Below, piece by piece: positions 46,935-56,001 of a DNA stretch of 64,000 nt. Each line of letters begins with the position of its first letter. The stretch's first letter is position 1. A program made the position numbers and the translations under genes. Origin of the DNA: Lewinellaceae bacterium (GTDB lineage Bacteria > Bacteroidota > Bacteroidia > Chitinophagales > Saprospiraceae); NCBI GenBank assembly GCA_963747415.1, contig CAVVFF010000007.1, positions 582,207 to 646,206 on the forward strand, in the 5' to 3' direction. Under the pieces are notes generated by a model. The model had not been told where the DNA came from and did not search any database. It saw only the letters and a list, made by a program, of their open reading frames with translations.

Positions 46935-49900
46935 ATGCAGAGATTTTCTCTAGTTCTCGCATTGGTTTTCGGTATGGTCGGCTTCTTGGTCGCCCAGCAA
47001 TCGATAACCGGTACGATCACGGACGAAACCGGTGAGCCTCTCATCGGAGCGTCTATCCTTGTGGCAGGTACTACAACCGGTACCGTTACGGATTTTGACG
47101 GGACGTTCGCCCTCACGGTTCCCGATGGCGGGGAAGAGTTAGTGGTCAGCTACACGGGTTTTGCGACCCAGACCATTCCCCTGACTTCCGCCACCGCTTA
47201 CGAAATTTTACTTTCCGAAGGCGTGCAGTTAACGGATGTTGTAGTAACCGCTTTAGGTATTACCCGGAGTGAGAAGTCACTCGGTTACGCCGTGAGCGAA
47301 GTCGACGGAGAAGACGTCACAAACACTTCCGAAAACAGCGTGGTCAGCTCCCTGAGCGGTCGCATTGCCGGAGCTCAAATCAACAACAGTAACAGCGGGT
47401 TGGGCGGTTCGGCCAACATCATACTGCGGGGTGCAACCTCCGTTACCGGAAGCAATAAGCCCCTGTTCGTAGTGGATGGTATTCCCATTGCCAACGACAA
47501 CAATAACGGTGCAAATGCAGCCGTGGCTTCCGCCGGGCGAGATTATGGTACTACGGCCCAGGATATCAACCCGGCCGACATCGAAACGATCTCGGTTCTG
47601 AAGGGTGGTGCCGCCGCGGCCCTTTACGGCTCACGGGCTTCCAACGGCGTGATCCTCATCACCACCAAGAGTGGCAAAGCCCGCAAGGGAATCGGCGTAT
47701 CGATCAACAGCGGTCTGACCTTCAACAACGTTGCGGTGCTTCCTGATTATCAGAACCAGTACGGTGGAGGTTACACCCAGGACTTCGACGCGTTTGAATT
47801 TGATCCGGACGTCCACCCCGCGGAATGGGCGTCTTTCGATGGTCAGCTGATCCCCGAGTATTACGCTGACGAAAGCTGGGGCCCGGAAATGAACGGACAG
47901 TTGGTCCGCCACTGGGACAGCTGGTACCCCGGCGAACACTTCGGAGAGTTGCGTCCCTGGTCTCCCCAACCGGACAACGTAAGGGATTTCTACGATACCG
48001 GTGTATCGGTTGACAACAACATCGCCATCTCAGGTGGTAATGACCAGACTGTTTTCCGCCTTTCCTATACGAACAGCTCGAATGCCGGGGTATTCCCCCA
48101 GTCCACGCTGAATCGCAATACGATCAACGTAAATGCTACCCAGCAACTGGGTACTAAATGGGAAGCTACCATTAACGGTACCTATGTAAATACCCGCGGT
48201 GAGGGTCGCCCCGCTATCGGTTACGGTGGCTTCGGCGACGCTATCAATGTTCAGGCTAACTTCAACGAATGGTTCCAGCGGCAGTTGGATATGGACCGGC
48301 TTCAGGATTACAAGCAAGCCGACGGTACTCCACGATCTTGGAACATCCGGAGTCCAACCAATACCAATTCTCTTTACTGGGAAAGCCCTTACTGGGTGGT
48401 CAATCAAGACCGCGGAAACGACAATCGGGATCGTGTGTACGGTAACCTGAGCCTGAAATACCAGGTCCTTCCCGGTTTCTCGATTACCGGTAGTGCGCGG
48501 ACGGATTATTACAATTTCATGGTAAATGACCGTCTGGCAGCCCGGTCTGCCGCTAATATCGCGTACGCCGAATCATTGACGGTTTCCAATCGGGAGAATA
48601 ACTTCGAGTTGCTTGGTAGCTATACGACTACCTTAAGTGACGACCTTTCGCTTGACGTGCAAGCCGGTGGGAACTTGCGTCAGGACGAATACAGTTCCGT
48701 CCGCTCTAAAAGCAGCGGTGGATTGAGTGTGCCGGGGATCTACACGGTAGAAACCTCCATTGACCGTCCCTCACGGACTGACTACCAGAGCCAGAAGGAG
48801 ATCCAGTCCGTATACGGTCGTGTCGGGCTGGGATGGCGCGCCATGCTTTACGTGGACGTAACGGGCCGGAACGACTGGTCTTCCGCCCTGGAACAAGGTA
48901 ACAACAGCTACTTCTACCCCTCGGTATCCGGTAGCTTCGTTTTCAGCGAACTGCTGGATAACAGCTTCATCAGTTTCGGTAAGATCCGTGCTGGTTTCGC
49001 TACCGTGGGTAACGACCCTAGCCCTTACCAAACCCGGCAGACGTACGGCGCCACGGACGCTTACGGCTCCCAGCCGACCTTCGCGGTACCCAATACCCAG
49101 GCCAATCGTGGCCTTGTCGCCGAATCGATTACTACCTATGAGGCCGGTATCGATATGCGGTTCTTCAACGACCGCTTAGGTTTTGACTTAACCTATTACG
49201 ACATTCAGTCGGAGGACCTGATTATTGACCTGGGAGTTTCCGGTGCTTCCGGGTTCAGTAACGTAACCACTAACGCCGGCTTACTTACCAATAAGGGCGT
49301 GGAGATCCAACTCTATGCTACGCCGGTCATGACCGAAAACTTTACCTGGAATACCCGCTTAAACTTCGCTTCCAACCAAAATGAGGTGGTGGAATTGGCG
49401 GAGGGCCAGGACCTGCTGAGCCTGGGTAGCTACGGCACCCAATTCGTTGCTCAGACGGGCCAACCCTACGGAACCCTCATCGGCCTTGGATACGAGCGCA
49501 ACGACGATGGTCGCATCGTCGTTGGAGAGGACGGTTTCCCCATATTGGCTTCCAATCTCAATTTCGGCAGCGTATTCCCCGACTACACCGGTGGATTTAT
49601 CAACGACTTTGAGATCTACGGTTTCCGCCTTGGAACGGTATTCGATTTCCGTAAGGGAGGAAAGCTTCTTTCCATTTCCAATCGCTGGGGGACCAACTCC
49701 GGTCTGTTGGAAAGCACTGTAGGCACCAACGCCAAAGGCAACGACATTCGCTCGCCCGTCGACGAGGGTGGTGGCGTACTGGTGGACGGAGTGACGGAAG
49801 ACGGAGAGGAAAACACCGTCTACATCGATGCTCAGGGCTACTTCGGTGGCCTGCGTAACTTCCGCGAGGAATTCACCTACGATGCCAGCTTCATCAAGCT

Positions 49901-50126
49901 GCGCGAGATCAGCCTGGGATACGACATTCCCGCCGGCTATTTGGAAAACTCCTTCCTCGGAAATGCGACGGTGAGCGTGTTTGCCCGCAACGTGGCCATC
50001 CTGCACAAGAACGCGCCCAACATCGATCCCGAAACGGCCGTCACCAACGATAACATCCAGGGTTTCGAGAACGGCCAGAACCCCAGTGTCCGTAGCATCG
50101 GCCTGAAACTGCGCCTTGGCTTCTAA
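46935..50126 (+). CDS. susC: SusC/RagA TonB-dependent outer membrane transporter
   Basis: GEPLIGASI..GTVTDFDG, PLFVVDG, DINPADIETISVLKGGAAAALYGSRASNGVILITTK, terminal LRLGF. Confidence 0.96.
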   Translation: MQRFSLVLALVFGMVGFLVAQQSITGTITDETGEPLIGASILVAGTTTGTVTDFDGTFALTVPDGGEELVVSYTGFATQTIPLTSATAYEILLSEGVQLTDVVVTALGITRSEKSLGYAVSEVDGEDVTNTSENSVVSSLSGRIAGAQINNSNSGLGGSANIILRGATSVTGSNKPLFVVDGIPIANDNNNGANAAVASAGRDYGTTAQDINPADIETISVLKGGAAAALYGSRASNGVILITTKSGKARKGIGVSINSGLTFNNVAVLPDYQNQYGGGYTQDFDAFEFDPDVHPAEWASFDGQLIPEYYADESWGPEMNGQLVRHWDSWYPGEHFGELRPWSPQPDNVRDFYDTGVSVDNNIAISGGNDQTVFRLSYTNSSNAGVFPQSTLNRNTINVNATQQLGTKWEATINGTYVNTRGEGRPAIGYGGFGDAINVQANFNEWFQRQLDMDRLQDYKQADGTPRSWNIRSPTNTNSLYWESPYWVVNQDRGNDNRDRVYGNLSLKYQVLPGFSITGSARTDYYNFMVNDRLAARSAANIAYAESLTVSNRENNFELLGSYTTTLSDDLSLDVQAGGNLRQDEYSSVRSKSSGGLSVPGIYTVETSIDRPSRTDYQSQKEIQSVYGRVGLGWRAMLYVDVTGRNDWSSALEQGNNSYFYPSVSGSFVFSELLDNSFISFGKIRAGFATVGNDPSPYQTRQTYGATDAYGSQPTFAVPNTQANRGLVAESITTYEAGIDMRFFNDRLGFDLTYYDIQSEDLIIDLGVSGASGFSNVTTNAGLLTNKGVEIQLYATPVMTENFTWNTRLNFASNQNEVVELAEGQDLLSLGSYGTQFVAQTGQPYGTLIGLGYERNDDGRIVVGEDGFPILASNLNFGSVFPDYTGGFINDFEIYGFRLGTVFDFRKGGKLLSISNRWGTNSGLLESTVGTNAKGNDIRSPVDEGGGVLVDGVTEDGEENTVYIDAQGYFGGLRNFREEFTYDASFIKLREISLGYDIPAGYLENSFLGNATVSVFARNVAILHKNAPNIDPETAVTNDNIQGFENGQNPSVRSIGLKLRLGF

Positions 50127-50143
50127 ACCGGGGTAACCCTCCT

Positions 50144-50181
50144 GGCCGGTGACCGCGGTATTGCCGCGGTCACCGGCCTTT
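50144..50181 (+). other. Perfect 15-bp intercistronic stem-loop between susC and susD
   Basis: GGCCGGTGACCGCGG-tattg-CCGCGGTCACCGGCC followed by TTT. Confidence 0.8.
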
Positions 50182-50204
50182 ACCAATCCAATAAAATAAC
50201 ATTC

Positions 50205-51671
50205 ATGAATCGCATATTTCTTGCGTGTCTCCTCTTGGTCGGCTTGGTAGCCTGTACCGATGATTTCGAGGAGATCAATACCAACCCTAATAGCCCGGTT
50301 GAAGTACCAACTTCCTACCTGATCACCCAAGCGCAACGTAGCCTGGTGGATTACGTGCTGGGGGAAGGCTTTGCCGGTCTGGGTACCTATGGCCTTCACT
50401 ACGTTCAGCACCTTTCGCAAACGCAGTACACCGACGTTACCCGGTACGATGACGTGCGGACCTCCTTCTACGGCTTTTACACCGGCGGACTGGAGGATCT
50501 GGAAAACGTTATCGTGCTTAACACCGACGAAGAGACGGCCAGCACGGTAGCCGCTTCCGGCCCCAACGAAAACCAGATCGCCGTGGCCGAAATCATGCAA
50601 AGCTGGGCGTTCCTTTCGATGACCGATTTTTGGGGGGATATTCCCTATTCCGAAGCACTGCAGGGATTAGACAACCTGACACCGGCGTACGATCCTCAGG
50701 AGGAGATTTACCGCGGCGTGGTAGCTACCTTAATCGAGGCCGGTGATATGATCGTGCCCGGACCGATCGAAGGAGACATCATCTACAACGGCAACATGGA
50801 GATGTGGCGCAAATTTGCCAACAGCCTTATTCTGCGTGCTGGTATTCGTATCTCTGAAGTCGATGCTACCCTTGGCAGCGAATGGGTGAATACGGCCCTG
50901 ACGCGTGGCGTCCTGGAGGGCAACAGCGAAAACGCCCAGTTGAATTACACTACCGGAGGCGAATTTGCGAACAACACTTTCTATACCGATGCGCTCACGC
51001 GTACCGACTACGCCATCAGTGAACCACTGGTAGCATTTTTGAAAGATCGCAACGATCCCCGCCTTTCGGTATACGCTCAGCCGACCGAAACCAGCGAAGC
51101 GGCAGGAAACCTGGAGTACATCGGTATGCCCTACGGGATTACGGAGGGAGCTGCCGGGGACATCCCCGTTTCCGACATATCTTTTCCCGGACTTGCCTTC
51201 ACCGGTATCTCTGCTCCCGCGACGCTGCTTGCCTACAGTGAAGTACTGTTCAATCAATCCGAAGCTGCCGCACGTGGCTGGATCGAGGGAGATGCGGCAG
51301 AGCTGTACAATGCTGCTATCACTGCAAGCATGAACGAGTTCAGTATTACGGACGAAGACGCTATCTCGGAATACCTTGACCAGGACAACGTTGCTTTCGA
51401 TGAAAACAACTACGCCCAATCCATCGGCCAGCAGAAGTGGGCCGCCCTGTATTTCCAGGGTATGGAAGCATGGTCAGAATGGCGCCGGCTCGGCTACCCC
51501 GAACTGGATCCTGCTCCCGATGCCATCGTGATCAAGACGATACCGACCCGGCGGGGCTACCCGGACAACGAATTCAGCCTGAACAAAGCCAACTATCTGG
51601 ATGCGCTTCAGCGGCAATTCGGAACGGACGAGGACCCCCTCGACGGACACGTATGGTGGGATGTTGATTAA
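50205..51671 (+). CDS. susD: SusD/RagB family lipoprotein
   Basis: Lipobox LVAC, FEEINTNPN, FWGDIPYSEA, WRKFANSL, EAWSEWRRLGYP, VWWD. Confidence 0.95.
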   Translation: MNRIFLACLLLVGLVACTDDFEEINTNPNSPVEVPTSYLITQAQRSLVDYVLGEGFAGLGTYGLHYVQHLSQTQYTDVTRYDDVRTSFYGFYTGGLEDLENVIVLNTDEETASTVAASGPNENQIAVAEIMQSWAFLSMTDFWGDIPYSEALQGLDNLTPAYDPQEEIYRGVVATLIEAGDMIVPGPIEGDIIYNGNMEMWRKFANSLILRAGIRISEVDATLGSEWVNTALTRGVLEGNSENAQLNYTTGGEFANNTFYTDALTRTDYAISEPLVAFLKDRNDPRLSVYAQPTETSEAAGNLEYIGMPYGITEGAAGDIPVSDISFPGLAFTGISAPATLLAYSEVLFNQSEAAARGWIEGDAAELYNAAITASMNEFSITDEDAISEYLDQDNVAFDENNYAQSIGQQKWAALYFQGMEAWSEWRRLGYPELDPAPDAIVIKTIPTRRGYPDNEFSLNKANYLDALQRQFGTDEDPLDGHVWWDVD

Positions 51672-51693
51672 TCCTTAATCCGACAATGGTTAG

Positions 51694-51737
51694 AGGGAAG
51701 GGAGTCCGGACATATGTTCGGGCTCCCTTCCCTGTTT
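51694..51737 (+). terminator. Intrinsic terminator after susD
   Basis: AGGGAAGGGAGTCCGGAC..GTTCGGGCTCCCTTCCCT then GTTT. Confidence 0.7.
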
Positions 51738-51800
51738 CAGGTTCCCATCCCCTATATTCAACCCAATGTACCAACAGGTGTTAATTGACAAAAGACCACG

Positions 51801-52418
51801 ATGAGCCAAGCTACTGCCACCAAGCGCCCCGTACTCCTTTATACCGAACAGACCCCGAATCCGGAAACCTTGAAATTCGTTACTAACCGGATGCTCTATA
51901 ATGGAACCGCCGAATTCCGCGAGGAGGACTTTGCCCGGGAGTGGTCGCCATTGGCCGCCGAACTGTATGATTTTCCCTACGTGAAGAAGGTTTACATCGC
52001 GAATAATTACGTCACGATCACCAAAGAATTCAACTACAGCTGGGACGACATCATGCTGAAGCTTAAGGAATACGTGAAAGGTTACCTGGAAGAAAACAAG
52101 CCCATTATTAAGGATGGCTTCGCCGAAGAAGTAGCCCGCATCGAGGAAGAGCGTGGCGTCGGCTATGAGTACACCGAAGATGAGGCCGAAACCGTAGCCC
52201 AGATAAAGGAGCTCATCGATACCTACGTTAAGCCGGCCGTGGAAATGGACGGTGGTAACATCGAATTTAAGTCTTACCAGGAAGGCGTGGTCACCGTGAT
52301 CATGCAGGGCGCCTGCTCCGGCTGCCCCAGCTCCACCGTTACCCTGAAGTCCGGGATCGAGCAAATGCTCAAGCGGATGATGCCCCAGGTTAAAGAGGTC
52401 GTGCAGGAAATGGGCTAA
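51801..52418 (+). CDS. nfuA: NifU/NfuA family Fe-S carrier
   Basis: EQTPNPETLKF N-domain; VKPAVEMDGGNI, GACSGCPSSTVTLK. Confidence 0.9.
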   Translation: MSQATATKRPVLLYTEQTPNPETLKFVTNRMLYNGTAEFREEDFAREWSPLAAELYDFPYVKKVYIANNYVTITKEFNYSWDDIMLKLKEYVKGYLEENKPIIKDGFAEEVARIEEERGVGYEYTEDEAETVAQIKELIDTYVKPAVEMDGGNIEFKSYQEGVVTVIMQGACSGCPSSTVTLKSGIEQMLKRMMPQVKEVVQEMG

Positions 52419-52467
52419 GGAATGTACGAAGTTTGAAGGACCAAGTACAATGTTAAAAGGTACTGCC

Positions 52468-52510
52468 GCCCGCCGGGATCGTCTAGCGCGAACCCGGCGG
52501 GTTGCTATTT
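52468..52510 (+). terminator. Probable terminator after nfu
   Basis: CCCGCCGGG..CCCGGCGGG stem then TATTTT. Confidence 0.5.
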
Positions 52511-52534
52511 TAAGCGGCCGTCCATGGCCTGAAT

Positions 52535-53833
52535 ATGAACGCATCCAATCTCGCCTTTGATCGGGAGCATCTTTGGCACCCCTATACCAGCCTTAGCAAA
52601 CCTTTGCCGGTATACCCGGTAGCATCCGCCGTGGGTTGCCGCTTAACATTGGCCGATGGTCGCGAACTGGTCGATGGTATGTCCAGTTGGTGGTGTGCCA
52701 TCCATGGCTACAACGTTCCGGAACTCAACGAGGCTATCGTACGTCAGTCCGGTCAGATGAGTCACGTAATGTTCGGCGGGATAACCCACCAACCGGCCAT
52801 CGAGCTGGGTAAGCGCCTGGTCAACATCCTTCCCGCCGGCTTGGACCGCATCTTTTTTGCGGACAGCGGCTCGGTAAGCGTGGAAGTCGCAATGAAAATG
52901 GCCGTGCAATATCAGCACGCGAAAGGTTTTGCAGGTCGGACCAATTTTTTGACCCTGAGGGGGGGGTACCACGGAGATACGACGGGCCCGATGTCGGTCT
53001 GTGATCCGGTCACCGGTATGCACCAACTTTTTCGAGGATTTCTACCGGAGCATCACTTCTTCGATCGGCCACCGGGTGGCTTTCCGGATGCGATTGATGC
53101 AACTTACCTCTCCGGGCTGGAGCACTTTTTCGAACGCCACGCTGCTCAATCGGCCGCCTTTATCGTTGAGCCGGTGGTGCAGGGAGCCGGAGGGATGCAT
53201 TTCTACAGCCCCGCCTACTTACAGGTTTTCCGGGCACTCTGCGACCGGTTTGGCTTACTCCTCATCTATGATGAGATTGCTACAGGTTTTGGCCGTACGG
53301 GGCGGTTGTTCGTGGGCGAGGACGCAGGTACAAGCCTCCCCGGGGACAGAAAAAGGGTTTGGCGCCCGGATATTATGACCGTAGGGAAAGCCCTGACCGG
53401 CGGGTATATGACGCTGGCCGCTACGGTATGTACGCAGCAGGTGGCCGCTACCGTCGGCGAAGGGGAGGCGGGCGTCATGATGCACGGCCCCACCTTTATG
53501 GCCAACCCACTGGCGTGTGCGGTAGCATGTGCCAGTATCGATCTGCTGTTGGCCAGTCCGTGGAAAGAACGGGTTGACCGTATTGCGGACCGGCTATGTT
53601 TGTACCTGCGCCCCGCCGCCCAAAGCGATCGCGTAAAGGAAGTGCGTGTTCTAGGCGCGATAGGCGTGGTAGAAATGAACGAACCAATCGATGTTGCCGC
53701 GGCCCAGAAGTTCTTCGTCAGGGAGGGCGTGTGGATCAGGCCTTTCGGAAAACTCATCTACCTGATGCCACCTTTTACCATAAATAATGCTGACTTAGAA
53801 CTGCTGTGCAACGCCGTCGTTAAATATGTCTAG
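52535..53833 (+). CDS. bioA: Adenosylmethionine-8-amino-7-oxononanoate aminotransferase
   Basis: LWHPYT, DGMSSWW, SGSVSVEVAMKMA, YHGDT, DEIATGFGRTG, VGKALTGGY, IRPFG. Confidence 0.95.
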   Translation: MNASNLAFDREHLWHPYTSLSKPLPVYPVASAVGCRLTLADGRELVDGMSSWWCAIHGYNVPELNEAIVRQSGQMSHVMFGGITHQPAIELGKRLVNILPAGLDRIFFADSGSVSVEVAMKMAVQYQHAKGFAGRTNFLTLRGGYHGDTTGPMSVCDPVTGMHQLFRGFLPEHHFFDRPPGGFPDAIDATYLSGLEHFFERHAAQSAAFIVEPVVQGAGGMHFYSPAYLQVFRALCDRFGLLLIYDEIATGFGRTGRLFVGEDAGTSLPGDRKRVWRPDIMTVGKALTGGYMTLAATVCTQQVAATVGEGEAGVMMHGPTFMANPLACAVACASIDLLLASPWKERVDRIADRLCLYLRPAAQSDRVKEVRVLGAIGVVEMNEPIDVAAAQKFFVREGVWIRPFGKLIYLMPPFTINNADLELLCNAVVKYV

Positions 53834-53838
53834 TTTTG
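53831..53838 (+). promoter_or_regulatory. -7 promoter box (TAGTTTTG) overlapping the bioA stop, serving fdx-iscX
   Basis: Exact TAnnTTTG whose TAG is the bioA stop codon; fdx ATG 21 nt downstream. Confidence 0.5.
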
Positions 53839-53859
53839 CCCCGAAAATGACCCCTACCA

Positions 53860-54201
53860 ATGGCGACCGTAAAATTTACCTTTGAGGATAAAAGCATCTC
53901 TCCCAAAACAGTAGAGAATGTGGATATTGACATGAGCATCCTGGAGGTGACGGAAGAAAATGGCATACACCTTAACCACAATTGTGGTGAAGTGTGTGCC
54001 TGTTCTACCTGTCATGTATATGTACTGCGGGGGGAAGATGCGCTGGAGGAAATCAGCGACAAGGAGGAAGACTTTATAGATCGAGCAATAAACCCCCGTA
54101 TCGAAAGCCGATTGGGTTGCCAGGCGGTCATTCTCGATGAAGACGCCGAAATCGAGGTGGAGATCCCGGATCAACGCAAGATCATTGGGCACGAGCACTG
54201 A
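53860..54201 (+). CDS. fdx: ISC-type [2Fe-2S] ferredoxin
   Basis: HNCGEVCACSTCHV..SRLGCQ. Confidence 0.92.
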   Translation: MATVKFTFEDKSISPKTVENVDIDMSILEVTEENGIHLNHNCGEVCACSTCHVYVLRGEDALEEISDKEEDFIDRAINPRIESRLGCQAVILDEDAEIEVEIPDQRKIIGHEH

Positions 54202-54366
54202 TTTCAACTTTAGTTTCGTAGAGTCTGTCCGAATTTACTGAACACCATTATAGCTTCTACCGGGTAGTCTTTACCATTACTGTCTACACATGGATGTGAG
54301 CTACCGTCTAAGCGCGTTATTCGCTAAACCTACTAACAGCGCGCAGCGCTACTAAACATTAATCCA

Positions 54367-54612
54367 TTGAGCTTTAAAGACTTCGACGATTTTCCTTTCG
54401 GCTGGGCCGACCACGAGGACATTGCTATCGCCCTCTACGACCGCTTCGGCGATGAGTTCGGACAGGATAAAATATACCGGATTCGGTTCACCGACCTGTT
54501 GGAATGGATCTTGGAAATACCCCAGTTCACCGGTAAACGGGAGCAATCTACCGAAGAGCACCTCGAGCAAATTCAGGCAAAGTGGGTGTATGAATGGCGG
54601 GAGAATCAGTAG
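54367..54612 (+). CDS. iscX: Fe-S cluster assembly protein IscX
   Basis: WADHEDIAIALYD..IRFTDLLEWI..HLEQIQAKW. Confidence 0.88.
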   Translation: MSFKDFDDFPFGWADHEDIAIALYDRFGDEFGQDKIYRIRFTDLLEWILEIPQFTGKREQSTEEHLEQIQAKWVYEWRENQ

Positions 54613-54613
54613 G

Positions 54614-55117
54614 GTAGACGTTCGCTGTCGCTTCCTTGGTAGAGACTCGCTCGCGGTAGACGGTCGCTATCGCTCCCTGGTAGAGACTCGCTCGCGCTCG
54701 CGGTAGCCGGTCGCTGTCGCTTCCCTGGTAGAGACTCGCTCGCGCTCGCGGTAGCCGGTCGCTATCGCTTCCCTGGTAGAGACTCGCTCACGCTCGCGGT
54801 AGCCGGTCGCTATCGCTTCCCTGGTAGAGACTCGCTCGCGCTCGCGGTAGACGTTCGCTGTCGCTTCCCTGGTAGAGACTCGCTCACGCTCGCGGTAGAC
54901 GGTCGCTGTCGCTTCCCTGGTAGAGACTCGCTCACGCTCGCGGTAGACGGTCGCTGTCGCTTCCCTGGTAGAGACTCGCTCGCGCTCGCGGTAGCCGGTC
55001 GCTGTCGCTTCCCTGGTAGAGACTCGCTCACGCTCGCGGTAGCCGGTCGCTATCGCTTCCTTGGTAGAGACTCGCTCACGCTCACGCTCGCGGTAGTCGG
55101 TCGCTATCGCTTCCTTG
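54614..55117 (+). repeat. Tandem array of about 10.5 x 48-bp bipartite REP-like units (11 A + 10 B subunits)
   Basis: A = GTAG(A/C)CG(G/T)TCGCT(G/A)TCGCTTCC(C/T)TG (25 bp), B = GTAGAGACTCGCTC(G/A)CGCTCGCG (23 bp), strictly alternating. Confidence 0.95.
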
Positions 55118-55182
55118 GTGACAATGGATAATGATGATTTTATGATGAGTAACTAAGGACCCTGCCCAACGCGAGAAACTGA

Positions 55183-55206
55183 GACTAAAAGACTAAAAGA
55201 CTAAAA
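55183..55206 (+). repeat. 3 x GACTAAAA short tandem repeat abutting a start codon
   Basis: GACTAAAA GACTAAAA GACTAAAA immediately followed by TTG at 55207. Confidence 0.85.
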
Positions 55207-55743
55207 TTGAACGAGTTAGAGCGCTTCCAGGATATAACTACTTTCATCTTCGACGTGGACGGAGTACTGACGAATTCCCAGTTGATCGTGATGGAGGACG
55301 GTTCATTGCTGCGGCAAATGAATGTTCGGGACGGCTACGCCATCAAACGAGCGCTGGAGCAGGGCTATAATATCTGCGTGATCACCGGAGGGAAGAGCCA
55401 GGGGGTAGTTTCCAGGTTGCAGAACCTCGGGGTGGTGGACGTCTACTACGGCGTGCAGGATAAAGTAGAGGTATACCGGGACTACATGGACCTGTACGAA
55501 TTGGATGACGCTAATGTGCTCTATATGGGAGACGATGTGCCGGACTATGAAGTAATGCGACTGGTAGGCTTTCCCGCGTGTCCGCAGGATGCCTGTCCTG
55601 AGATTTTGTCCATTTCAAAATACGTGAGCCACCTTGGTGGAGGAGGTGGTGCGGTTCGGGACGTGATTGAACGTACGCTCCGTTTGCATGGTAAATGGAT
55701 GCCTGACGACTCGGAAGAATCGGTTCCCAGCAGTGACTTTTAA
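55207..55743 (+). CDS. kdsC: KdsC/YrbI family HAD phosphatase (KDO 8-phosphate phosphatase)
   Basis: FIFDVDGVLT, NVRDGYAI, ITGG, YMGDDVPD, GAVRDVIE; TTG start. Confidence 0.85.
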   Translation: MNELERFQDITTFIFDVDGVLTNSQLIVMEDGSLLRQMNVRDGYAIKRALEQGYNICVITGGKSQGVVSRLQNLGVVDVYYGVQDKVEVYRDYMDLYELDDANVLYMGDDVPDYEVMRLVGFPACPQDACPEILSISKYVSHLGGGGGAVRDVIERTLRLHGKWMPDDSEESVPSSDF

Positions 55744-56001
55744 TCGTCGGGCGGTGGTTTTTACCACTTCATTAAGTATTCCTGAGTGTCCATCGCAAGA
55801 GGGAAACGATAATACGCTTCAGCTTGAAGCACGCCCCTCGGAATAATGAAGATGGCCCAGGATTGTGTTAGGGCAACTCTATTGGTGCAATGACCGGCAT
55901 CATTACAGGCGTTACATAAGATTGTGCTGCTCCCGGCAGGTGATGCTCTTTCGGACCAACAATTTGTTGCTTATCTTGCGGCCCCGCTCAAAAACCCCGT
56001 A

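Noticed and set aside
49359-50600. 413-aa antisense ORF across susC/susD
   Set aside because: Shadow frame of well-supported genes
54810-55031. 73-aa ORF of repeated SESLPGKRQRP
   Set aside because: Artefact of the 48-bp repeat (a multiple of 3)
54614-55117. CRISPR array (alternating repeat-like pattern)
   Set aside because: The intervening segments are themselves near-identical rather than unique spacers, units are only 23-25 bp, and there are no cas genes
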